Source: an uncultured delta proteobacterium
GTDB lineage: Bacteria > Desulfobacterota > Binatia > JACPRU01
Direction of reading: 5' to 3'
Length of the DNA: 54,698 nt
Assembly (NCBI GenBank): GCA_963708955.1
Contig: CAVPWJ010000058.1
Coordinates: forward strand, 1 to 54,698
Under the pieces are notes generated by a model. The model was not told the DNA's origin. It did not search any database and worked only from the letters and a program-made list of their open reading frames with translations. Within the stretch, counting starts at the first letter, position 1; every line of letters starts with the position of its first letter. Below, one piece after another: positions 1-9,791 of this stretch. The position numbers and the translations under genes are program-made.

Positions 1-6
1 GTCGTG

Positions 7-49
7 GGTCAGTGAAAGTGTCCGGTTAACGGGTCAGTGAAAATGTCCG
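7..49 (+). repeat. IS left-end subterminal repeats (2 x 18 bp, at 7-24 and 32-49)
   Basis: GGTCAGTGAAAGTGTCCG and GGTCAGTGAAAATGTCCG, period 25. Confidence 0.9.
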
Positions 50-70
50 CCTCCTGGAAGAAGAAGGAGG

Positions 71-1351
71 ATGGACAAGATGAGCGAGCGGCAGTGGAAG
101 CGGCTGGACGCGGTTGAGCGGCTTGAGCGTGGAGCGCTGACGTTCGGGGAGCTGGCGCGTTTGATGGGATTGTCGGAGCGCCAGGTGCGGCGCGTGCGGC
201 GGCGGGTAGCGGAGAGTGGTCGAGCTGGGGTGGTACACGGGAATACGGGGCGTGCGCCCGTGCACCGAATCGCCGACGAGGTGCGCAAGCGGATCGTGGA
301 GCTGCGGTCAGGGAAGTACGAGGGCTTCAACGATCAGCACTTCACGGAGAAGTTGGGGGAGTTGGAGAAGATCTCGGTGTCGCGGGTGACGGTGCGGCGG
401 GTGTTGCGAGCGGCGGGCATCGGCTCGACGCGGCGGCGCCGAGCTCGTAAGCACCGGCGGCGACGAGACCGCAAGGCGCAAGCGGGGCTGATGGCGCTGT
501 GGGACGGGAGCCGCCACGACTGGCTCGAGGGGCGCGGGCCGATGCTGTGTCTGATGGCAGCGGTGGATGATGCGACGTCGGATCTGCTGCCGGGTGCGCA
601 CTTCGTCGAGCAGGAGTGCGCGGCGGGGTACCTGCGGGTGCTGAAGGCGATGGCCGAGGAGAAGGGGCTGCCGTGGAGCGTGTACATGGACCGCCACGGG
701 AGCCTGAAGCGCAACGATGAGCACTGGACGCTGGAAGAGGAGCTTCGGGGAGAGCAGGACCCGACGCAGGTGGGCCGGGCGCTGAAGGCGCTGGAGATTG
801 AGGTGATCTACGCCCTCTCACCGCAGGCCAAGGGGAGAGTCGAGCGGCTGTGGGACACGCTGCAGGATCGGCTGGTATCGGAGCTGCGCCTTGCAGGGGC
901 GCGCACGGCCGAGGAAGCCAACGCGGTGCTCGAGCGGTACCGGCCGGACCACAGCCGCCGCTTCGGGGTCAGCGCGGAGAACCCCGAACCTGCCTGGCGC
1001 CGCGTTCGGGGCGCCACGGACCTCGCCCGCGTCTGCAGCTTCCACTACGAGGCGACAGTGCTGAACGACAACACGGTGCAGCTGGGCGGGACGGTCGTGA
1101 TCGACATCCCGCCCGGACCTCGCAAGGGGAGTTACGCCAAGAAGCGCGTCGAGGTGCGTCAGCTCCTCGACGGCAGCTGGCGGGTGTACCTGGGCGACGC
1201 CTTGATCGCGACCGCGGCGACGACCACGACCGGCGAGCTGCGGGCCCTCAGGCGGAGGCGACGGCGCCCGCCGAGCGCGGCCGCGGCGGGGAAAACTCCA
1301 GTCGCCCTACGGGCTCCTTCCGTTTCCCCCGCCGCCGTGATGTCACCGTGA
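71..1351 (+). CDS. IS1202/ISNCY-family DDE transposase
   Basis: N-terminal HTH, then WDGSRHDWLEGR, AAVDDAT, YMDRH and SPQAKGRVERLWDTLQDRL motifs. The ATG at 80 fits the AGGAGG SD (65-70) better than the ATG at 71. Confidence 0.9.
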   Translation: MDKMSERQWKRLDAVERLERGALTFGELARLMGLSERQVRRVRRRVAESGRAGVVHGNTGRAPVHRIADEVRKRIVELRSGKYEGFNDQHFTEKLGELEKISVSRVTVRRVLRAAGIGSTRRRRARKHRRRRDRKAQAGLMALWDGSRHDWLEGRGPMLCLMAAVDDATSDLLPGAHFVEQECAAGYLRVLKAMAEEKGLPWSVYMDRHGSLKRNDEHWTLEEELRGEQDPTQVGRALKALEIEVIYALSPQAKGRVERLWDTLQDRLVSELRLAGARTAEEANAVLERYRPDHSRRFGVSAENPEPAWRRVRGATDLARVCSFHYEATVLNDNTVQLGGTVVIDIPPGPRKGSYAKKRVEVRQLLDGSWRVYLGDALIATAATTTTGELRALRRRRRRPPSAAAAGKTPVALRAPSVSPAAVMSP

Positions 1352-1369
1352 GGTGTAGACGCCTCGATG

Positions 1370-1420
1370 CGGACAGAATCACTGATCCGTTAGCTCGGAC
1401 AGAATCACTGACCGTCGACA
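1370..1420 (-). repeat. IS right-end subterminal repeats and terminus
   Basis: CGGACAGAATCACTGATC (1370-1387) and CGGACAGAATCACTGACC (1396-1413), then GTCGACA; inverted relative to the left end. Confidence 0.9.
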
Positions 1421-1468
1421 TTGACCGTGGAGCGGGGTTGACTCTTCCTTCCCGCGGTTGATACGGCG

Positions 1469-2749
1469 ATGAGCGAAGAACGCTACGCGCAGACTCTCGA
1501 CTGGCTTTACCACCTCGAGGTCAGCCGCGGCTGGGATCTGAAGCTCGAGTCGGTGCGCGAAGCGCTAGCGCACCTCGGGTCGCCCGAGCGTGAGTTTCCC
1601 TCGCTGCACGTGGCCGGCACCAACGGCAAGGGCTCGACCGCGGCGTGCGCACACTCCGTGCTCGCCGCCGGCGGGCGGCGCGTGGGGCTGTTCACCTCTC
1701 CACATCTCCACGATTTTTGCGAGCGCATTCGCATCGGCGACGAGTGGATCCCGCGCTCCACGGTGGTGAGTCTCGCGGCGGAGATCCGCGAGCGTCTCGC
1801 CGGGTCCGGCGTCGAGCTCACGTTCTTCGAGCTCACCACCGTGCTCGCCTTCCTGTGGTTCGCGCGCGGCGGCATCGACGCGGCGGTGGTCGAGGTCGGT
1901 CTCGGCGGCCGGCTCGACGCCACCAACGTGATCGTGCCGCACGCGGCGGTGGTGACCACGATCGGCTTCGATCACGAGCGCTACCTCGGCTCGACGCTGG
2001 CCGCGATCGCCGCGGAGAAGGCAGGCATTTTCAAACCGGGTGTTCCGGCCGTCGTCGGGCGGGTCGATCCGGAGGCCGGGTCGGTGCTCGGCCGGATTGC
2101 CGAGGAGCGCGGCAGCCCGCTGCGCGTGCTCGGCCACGGTTTCCACGGCGTTCCGGCCGCCGAGGGTTTCGACTATCTCGGGCGGCGTACCGTACGCGGG
2201 CTTCGGCCAGGCCTGCGCGGGCGCTTCCAGATCGACAACGCGGCGGTGGCGTTGGCGGCTCTCGAGGACGCCGGCTGGCTCGACGCGATCGGCGACGATG
2301 CGGTGCGCGCGGGCATCGCCGGCGTTCGCTGGCCAGGCCGGCTGGAGATCGTCCGCGAGCGTCCCCGCGTGCTGCTCGACGGCGCGCACAATCCCGCCGG
2401 CGTCGAAGCGCTAGTCGCCGAGCTACCCGCGCTCGCCGAGGGCCGGCTGATCCACCTCGTCTTCGGCGTGCTCGCCGACAAGCGCTGGCCCGAGATGGTG
2501 GAGCGGCTCGGCCCGCTGGTCTCCGACGTCACCGTCGTCCCGGTCGCGGAGCGTCGGTCGGAGGATCCGGCGCGGCTGGTCGAGGCGTTCCGCCGTCTGG
2601 TGCCCGCGCGCGTGGAAGCGAGCGCTGGCGGCGCGGTCGATCGGCTGCTCGCCGGTCCCGCGCTTGCCGACGACGTCGTGTTGATCGCCGGGTCGCTGTT
2701 TCTCGTCGGCGAGGTTCGCGCTCGTCTTCTCGACAAAGATCGCCGATAA
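1469..2749 (+). CDS. folC: Bifunctional folylpolyglutamate/dihydrofolate synthase
   Basis: HVAGTNGKGST P-loop, FTSPHL, ERIRI, TFFE, EVGLGGRLDATNV, WPGRLE, LLDGAHNPAG, GSLFLVGE. Confidence 0.97.
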   Translation: MSEERYAQTLDWLYHLEVSRGWDLKLESVREALAHLGSPEREFPSLHVAGTNGKGSTAACAHSVLAAGGRRVGLFTSPHLHDFCERIRIGDEWIPRSTVVSLAAEIRERLAGSGVELTFFELTTVLAFLWFARGGIDAAVVEVGLGGRLDATNVIVPHAAVVTTIGFDHERYLGSTLAAIAAEKAGIFKPGVPAVVGRVDPEAGSVLGRIAEERGSPLRVLGHGFHGVPAAEGFDYLGRRTVRGLRPGLRGRFQIDNAAVALAALEDAGWLDAIGDDAVRAGIAGVRWPGRLEIVRERPRVLLDGAHNPAGVEALVAELPALAEGRLIHLVFGVLADKRWPEMVERLGPLVSDVTVVPVAERRSEDPARLVEAFRRLVPARVEASAGGAVDRLLAGPALADDVVLIAGSLFLVGEVRARLLDKDRR

Positions 2750-2796
2750 CTTCCCTCGCCACGAGCTTCGTGGTACGAGCCGCCGCGTCGCTGACG

Positions 2797-5700
2797 ATGA
2801 TGAACGCTCGCCGCGCATTGCTCTGGATCAGCTTCGTCGCGCTCGTTGCCGGCTCGGCAGCGGCGCAGGCGCCGCCGCCGGTCGGGGCGCCGTTCGGCGA
2901 TTTGCAGGTCCGCTCGGCACCGCGAGTAACCGAAATCACCCTCGAGTTACCCGCGGCGGTGAACGAGGAGGATCGTACCAAGAAGCGGCCCGGGCTCTCC
3001 TCGGCCGGCGTGCCGACGCGGGAGGCGCCTCCGGGCGCGGTCGCGGCGTTGCCCGAGGGAGAGGCCACGCCGCGACCGGAAGCCGAAGCGAAGGCGGCGC
3101 CCGCCGTGACGCCCAGCGGCGGCGGTGAAGCCCGGACGGTGAGCAAACGCGTGTCTCGCCCCGGCGCGCTCACGGTCAACGAGATCCATCTGTTCTTTCC
3201 CGGCTCGACCATCGAGCGGCCGCGGCTGATCACGGTCGATGACCGCATCATCCAGGAGGCGCGCCTCTTTCCCGACGAGGGCGGCGTGAGCATGACCGTG
3301 GTCGTGCGCCGGCCCGTCTACTACGTGGTCTCGCGTGACGCCTCGGAGCTCCACATCCGCGCCGAGCCCGGCACGCTGCTGCTCGCCGAGTCGACCGGAG
3401 ACCTGCCGCGACCTTCGGCGACTCGCAAAGCGGGCGGGCCACGGCCGCGCCGTTCACGTAGCGGCCAGGACGTCGGCGGCTCGCAAGTGCAGGCCGAGGC
3501 GTTGGTCCCGAAGGTGACGATGCCGTCGATGCGCAAAGGCGAGGGGCTGACGATCGACGCCGAGCATCTCTCCGCCGATCAGCAGACCAACGAGATCGTC
3601 GCCCAGGGGCACGTGACGATCGCGCGGGCGAACTCGCTGCTCACCGCCGACGAGGTGCGGATCCATCGCGACTCGCGGCAGGCCCAGGCGCATGGCAACG
3701 TGCAGTTCACCGACCCGCAGGGGACCGTTCAGGCGGACAGCTTCATCGGCAACATCGAGGACGAGACCGGCGATCTCACCAACGGCAGCATCTACCTCAG
3801 CGCCAACCACCTCTCGATCTCTGGAGAAAAGCTGCAGAAGTCGTTCGGCCAGACCTACCACATCGAGAACGGCGAGTTCACGACCTGCCAATGCGGCGCG
3901 GGGCCGCCGAGTTGGTCGATCGCCGGCGACAAGATCGACATCACCTTGAACGGCTACGGCCTGATCGACAACGCGAAGCTCAAGGTGCTCGAAGTGCCGG
4001 TCTTCTATCTCCCGAAGCTCGCCTTCCCGGCCAAGACCACGCGACAGTCGGGACTGTTGTCTCCGCAGTTCAGCTACTCGAAGAAGCGCGGCTTCGCTTA
4101 CACGCAGCCCTTCTTCCTGGTCCTCAACAAGAGCGCCGACCTGACCATCGCGCCCGACATCGAGACCTCGGCGCGCATCGGCGGCATCGGCGAGTTCCGT
4201 TACGCGCTCGACGAGAAATCCAAGGGCGTTCTCGACGTCGCTTTCTTCGACGAATCGCTGCGCAACAACGCCGAGCGCGACATCGTCGACACGTCGATCG
4301 CCGACCCGAGCATCCCCAAGAATCGCTGGAGCGTCACCGCCAACGTCCAGCAGGAGATGCCGTTCGGCGTGCGCGCGTTCGCCGACGCGCTGGCCGTGTC
4401 GGATGACCTGTACATGCGGGAGATCCGCACCTTCTCCTTCGACCCGCAATACGAGCGCACGCTCACCACCAGCCGGTTCGGCTCGTCGAGCGGCGGGCTC
4501 TACAAATCCTGGGAGCACGCCACGCTGGTCGCCCAGGGCGTCTATTACCAGGACTTCATCCAGGAAGACGATCTCACGCTGCAGCGCCTGCCGCAGATCC
4601 AGTTCTTCGGGGCCGACCGCTTCTTCGACCGGCACCTGAAGCTCGGCGTGAACACCGAGTTCGTCAACTTCGACCGCAAGCAAGGGTTCGATGGCCCGCG
4701 GTTCGATCTGGCGCCAACCGCGACCGTTCCGTTCCGCTGGCAGGAGTACTTCAACGGCAACTTCGGGCTACAGTTCCGCGAGACCGCCTACCATCTGAAC
4801 AACACCGACCTGCTGTTGCCGATCTCGCAGGCCGGCGGCGTGCAGACGCCGACCGACACCCAGGCGCTCGACAAAAACCCGACGCGCGAGATCCTGCAGG
4901 CGAGCGCCGTGATCGGCACGCAGATCTCACGCGTGTTCGACGTCGGCGGCGAGCACGTGCAGAAGCTGAAACACACGATCGAGCCCGAGGTGGACTATCT
5001 CTACGTGCCGGACGTCAACCAGGACGACCTGCCGATCTACGACTTCGTCGACCGCATCAACCGCCGCAACGTCTTCACCTACGGGTTCACCACCCGCCTG
5101 CTCGCCAAGCTCGACAAGCCGCCGCCGATCGAGAGGCGCAAGAAACTGTCGGTCGGAGACATGAATCCGTTCACGGGAGAGGCGGCGTCGCCGTTCGACG
5201 ACGAGAACACGCGCGGGGGGCTCTCCTCGCTCGGCAACCCGCGGCTCTCGGGACTCGAGCCGAGCACCGACGGGTTGACGGCGGAGGAGACGTCGCGGGG
5301 CGCGCTCACACCGACCGAAGCCACGGCACCGGAGAGCCTGACCACCGAGCAACGCGCCGAGCAACGCGCCGAGCGGCGACAGGAGGAGAAGTCGGCGCTG
5401 TCGCACGTCGCCGAGTGGGCGCGCCTGCAGCTCTTCCAGAGCTACGACCTGCGCGACAGCCTGCAGTCGAACAAGGACGATCATTTCTCCGACTTCGACG
5501 CCCACCTGCGCGTGTCGCCGGTCGACTACTTCCGCCTGATCTACGAATCGACCGTGAACGCCAAGGAAACGAGCTTGACGTCGGCGAGCGTCGGCGTCCA
5601 GCTCCGCGACCCGCGCGCTCGCGACGTGGCCGGATTCCTCACCGCGACCCAGCGAGCCTCGGCCGCACTCTCCTATCGGTTCATCTCGCAGAGCGTGCTC

Positions 5701-5940
5701 GAGGAAATCGACGGCAGCATCGTGGTGCCGCTGGCCGACACGCTCTCGGTCTTCTACCAGAGCAGCTACGATGCGCTGCAGAAGACCTTCCTCGCCAAGA
5801 TCGCCGGCCTGCGGCTGTCCTCCCAGTGCCAGTGCTGGGTCGCCGACGTCTTGATCGCCGACCGCGTCAACCCGAACGAGACCGAGGTGCGATTCCAGGT
5901 CACATTGATCGGCCTGGGATCGATCGGCCGCGCCCGCTGA
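2797..5940 (+). CDS. lptD: LPS-assembly outer-membrane protein LptD with long N-terminal extension
   Basis: Signal peptide at MMNARRALLW, OstA-like jellyroll (AQGHVTI..LTADEV), FTTC, WSI, VPVFYLP, RQSGLLSP, HTIEPEVDYLYVP and C-terminal QCW...VTLIGLG. It follows folC. The 1645 start given in the ORF track overlaps folC and is not credible. Confidence 0.9.
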   Translation: MMNARRALLWISFVALVAGSAAAQAPPPVGAPFGDLQVRSAPRVTEITLELPAAVNEEDRTKKRPGLSSAGVPTREAPPGAVAALPEGEATPRPEAEAKAAPAVTPSGGGEARTVSKRVSRPGALTVNEIHLFFPGSTIERPRLITVDDRIIQEARLFPDEGGVSMTVVVRRPVYYVVSRDASELHIRAEPGTLLLAESTGDLPRPSATRKAGGPRPRRSRSGQDVGGSQVQAEALVPKVTMPSMRKGEGLTIDAEHLSADQQTNEIVAQGHVTIARANSLLTADEVRIHRDSRQAQAHGNVQFTDPQGTVQADSFIGNIEDETGDLTNGSIYLSANHLSISGEKLQKSFGQTYHIENGEFTTCQCGAGPPSWSIAGDKIDITLNGYGLIDNAKLKVLEVPVFYLPKLAFPAKTTRQSGLLSPQFSYSKKRGFAYTQPFFLVLNKSADLTIAPDIETSARIGGIGEFRYALDEKSKGVLDVAFFDESLRNNAERDIVDTSIADPSIPKNRWSVTANVQQEMPFGVRAFADALAVSDDLYMREIRTFSFDPQYERTLTTSRFGSSSGGLYKSWEHATLVAQGVYYQDFIQEDDLTLQRLPQIQFFGADRFFDRHLKLGVNTEFVNFDRKQGFDGPRFDLAPTATVPFRWQEYFNGNFGLQFRETAYHLNNTDLLLPISQAGGVQTPTDTQALDKNPTREILQASAVIGTQISRVFDVGGEHVQKLKHTIEPEVDYLYVPDVNQDDLPIYDFVDRINRRNVFTYGFTTRLLAKLDKPPPIERRKKLSVGDMNPFTGEAASPFDDENTRGGLSSLGNPRLSGLEPSTDGLTAEETSRGALTPTEATAPESLTTEQRAEQRAERRQEEKSALSHVAEWARLQLFQSYDLRDSLQSNKDDHFSDFDAHLRVSPVDYFRLIYESTVNAKETSLTSASVGVQLRDPRARDVAGFLTATQRASAALSYRFISQSVLEEIDGSIVVPLADTLSVFYQSSYDALQKTFLAKIAGLRLSSQCQCWVADVLIADRVNPNETEVRFQVTLIGLGSIGRAR

Positions 5941-6668
5941 TGAAGGGGGTCGTTCTCGCCGGCGGACTAGGCACGCGCCTCGATCCGCTGACGCGGGTCA
6001 CCAACAAGCACCTGCTGCCGGTCTACGACCGGCCAATGATCTACTATCCGCTGTGGGCGTTGATCAACGCGGGGATCGAAGAGATCCTCATCGTCACCGG
6101 CGGGAACAACGCGGGGGACTTCTTGCGGCTGCTCGGCAACGGATCGGAGTTCGGGCTGAAGCACCTGAACTACACCTACCAGCAGGGCGAGGGGGGGATC
6201 GCCGCGGCGCTCTCGCTGGCCGAGCACTTCGCCGAGGGCGGCAAGATCTGCGTGGTGCTCGGCGACAACATCATCGAGCGGAACATCCAGCGCGCCGCCG
6301 CCGCCTTCCGCCGACAGCCCCGCGGCGCCAAGATCCTGCTCAAGCGGGTGTCCGATCCGCAGCGCTTCGGCGTTCCCGTGCTGCGCGGAAACCGCGTGGC
6401 GCGCATCGTCGAAAAGCCCCGGCGGCCGGCGAGCCCGTACGCGGTGACCGGCATCTACTTCTACGACTCCGCCGTCTTCGACTGCATCCGCGAGCTCAAG
6501 CCCTCGCGCCGCGGCGAACTGGAGATCACCGACGTCAACAACCACTACATCGCCGACGGGTCCATGACCTATGAGATCTTGCGGGGGTGGTGGACGGACG
6601 CCGGCACGTTCGAGTCACTGGCCAAAGCCAGTCGGCTGGTCGCCCGCGGCGGGGCAAACAAATTGTAG
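5940..6668 (+). CDS. rfbA: Glucose-1-phosphate thymidylyltransferase (short, SpsI-like form)
   Basis: MKGVVLAGGLGTRL.PLT..TNKHLLPVYDRPMIYYPL, VEKP, RGELEITDVN, WTDAGT; TGATG overlap with the lptD stop. Confidence 0.9.
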   Translation: MKGVVLAGGLGTRLDPLTRVTNKHLLPVYDRPMIYYPLWALINAGIEEILIVTGGNNAGDFLRLLGNGSEFGLKHLNYTYQQGEGGIAAALSLAEHFAEGGKICVVLGDNIIERNIQRAAAAFRRQPRGAKILLKRVSDPQRFGVPVLRGNRVARIVEKPRRPASPYAVTGIYFYDSAVFDCIRELKPSRRGELEITDVNNHYIADGSMTYEILRGWWTDAGTFESLAKASRLVARGGANKL

Positions 6669-6686
6669 GCTGGGGCTTCGCGTCGT

Positions 6687-6807
6687 GGGTTGGGACGCGG
6701 ATGCGGATGGAGCTGACGGCCCGACAGGCGGAGCGTCTCAATGCGAGTGTCCTGCGGGCCGCAGATCATCCGCTGTGTGCGGCGGCGGAGCTTGGTTGGG
6801 ACAGTCA
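6687..6807 (+). repeat. Dispersed structured intergenic element, copy 1 (candidate cis-RNA or attC-derived repeat)
   Basis: Shares TTGGG..GGATGCGGATGGAGCT..CGGC, CGGGCCGC.G.TCATCCGCTG, GCGGCGGCG.AG and GACAGTCA with 23113-23226(-). Forms a long hairpin from GCGGATG (6703) to CATCCGC (6773). Confidence 0.7.
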
Positions 6808-6885
6808 GAACCGTGCCGCGACCGATGGGCGCTCGGCGCTGGTGTAGAACCACCCCGGGATTTCTGACATCCTCTGGCCTCCGCG

Positions 6886-7341
6886 ATGATCCGCGACGTC
6901 CACGTCAAGAAGCTCGTCGTTCACAACGACGACCGCGGCACGTTGATGGAGGTGCTGCGCGCCGACGACCCGTTCTTCGCGGACATCGCCCAGACGACCT
7001 ACACGGTCGCCTATCCGGGCGTGATCAAGGCATTCCACTGGCACAAGCGGCAGAAGGACATCTGGTTCTTCGCGACCGGGATGGCGCAGGTGGTGCTCTT
7101 CGACATGCGCGACGATTCGCCGACTCACGGGCAAACGAACGTCCTCTACATGGGGGAGCGAAACCCGCTGGTGGTATCGATCCCGGAGTACGTGGCGCAC
7201 GGCTATCGCGTGCTCGGCAACGCCCCGGCCGGGCTTTTCTACCACACCACCTCGACCTACGATCCGCAGGATCCCGACGAGGAGCGCATCCCGTTCGATT
7301 CCCCGGCGATCGGCTTCGCTTGGGCGACCCGCTTCCGGTGA
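6886..7341 (+). CDS. rfbC: dTDP-4-dehydrorhamnose 3,5-epimerase family protein
   Basis: DDRG, PGVIKAFHWH, DMRDDSPTHG, IP..VAHGY motifs. Confidence 0.88.
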   Translation: MIRDVHVKKLVVHNDDRGTLMEVLRADDPFFADIAQTTYTVAYPGVIKAFHWHKRQKDIWFFATGMAQVVLFDMRDDSPTHGQTNVLYMGERNPLVVSIPEYVAHGYRVLGNAPAGLFYHTTSTYDPQDPDEERIPFDSPAIGFAWATRFR

Positions 7342-7348
7342 GCGCGGG

Positions 7349-8352
7349 ATGAGGCTGCTGGTCACCGGCGGGGCGGGGTTCATCGGCGCGAACTTCGTCC
7401 GCTACATGCTCGAGCGCGATCCGGACGTGCGGATCACCACGCTCGATTGCCTGACCTACGCCGGCAACCTCGCGAACCTCGAGGGGGTACGCGACGACCC
7501 GCGCCACCGCTTCGTGCGCGCCGACGTGACCGACGTCGGCGCCGTCGCCGCCGCGCTACAGGGCGGCAGCGATACGATCGTGCACTTCGCCGCCGAGAGC
7601 CACGTCGATCGCTCGATCGCCGACGCGGTGCCGTTTCTGCGCACCAACGTGCTCGGCACCGGCGTCCTGCTCGACGCCGCGCGCGCTGCCGGGGTGAAAC
7701 GTTTCCTCCACGTTTCCACCGACGAGGTGTACGGCAGCCTGGGGCCGACCGAGCGATCGACGGAGGAAGCGCCGCTGCGCCCGACCAGCCCCTACGCCGC
7801 GAGCAAGGCGGCCGCGGACCTGCTCGCGCTCTCCTATGCGCGCACCTACGGGCTCGACGTCGTGGTCTCACGCTGCACGAACAACTTCGGTCCTCTGCAA
7901 TTTCCCGAGAAGGTGATCCCGCTGTTCATCACCAACGCACTCTGCGATCAGCCGCTGCCGCTCTACGGCGCCGGCGCCAACGTGCGCGACTGGATCTTCG
8001 TCGACGACCATTGCGCGGCGCTCGCCTGCCTGCTGCGACAGGGACGGCCGGGCGAGGTCTACAACATCGGCGCGGACAACGAGTGGACGAACCGGGCGCT
8101 CACCGGCGAGATTTTGAAGCGGCTCGGCAAGCCCGAGAGCTTGATCCATCGGGTCACCGATCGTCCCGCCCACGATCGCCGCTACGCGCTCGATTCTTCG
8201 AAGCTGCGGCGCGATACCGGCTGGCGCCCCGCCTACACGTTCTCGGCGGCGATCGATCGCACGATCGAGTGGTACCGCACCAATGAGCCCTGGTGGCGGG
8301 CGGTCAAGACCGGCGAGTATCGAAGGTTCTATGATCTCTGGTATGGAGGGCG

Positions 8353-8359
<7 letters not shown>
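7349..8359 (+). CDS. rfbB: dTDP-glucose 4,6-dehydratase
   Basis: VTGGAGFIG, LTYAGN, HFAAESHVDRSI, HVSTDEVYG, SPYAASKA, QFPEK.IP, HDRRYALD. Confidence 0.96.
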
Positions 8360-9772
<1,413 letters not shown>

Positions 9773-9791
9773 GCCGGCCGGCCGCGCAGCG

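Larger units (their letters stand above)
1..1420 (+). mobile_element. IS1202-family (ISNCY) insertion sequence; first base (T) of the left end lies outside the window
   Basis: Left end (T)GTCGTG-GGTCAGTGAAAGTGTCCG matches the reverse complement of the right end TGTCGAC-GGTCAGTGATTCTGTCCG (ends ...GTCGACA at 1420). Each end has two tandem 18-bp subterminal repeats and they enclose a single DDE transposase. Confidence 0.85.

Noticed and set aside
1645-2796. 1431-aa ORF start overlapping folC
   Set aside because: Arg-rich shadow frame of folC; the credible LptD start with a signal peptide is at 2797
5346-5375. Tandem GAGCAACGCGCC repeat
   Set aside because: Short in-frame coding repeat (EQRA) inside the lptD loop; not an array
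6696-6785. Functional integron attC site
   Set aside because: L-box-like stem is present but there are no RYYYAAC/GTTRRRY cores, no integrase and no cassette; kept only as a possible origin of the repeat
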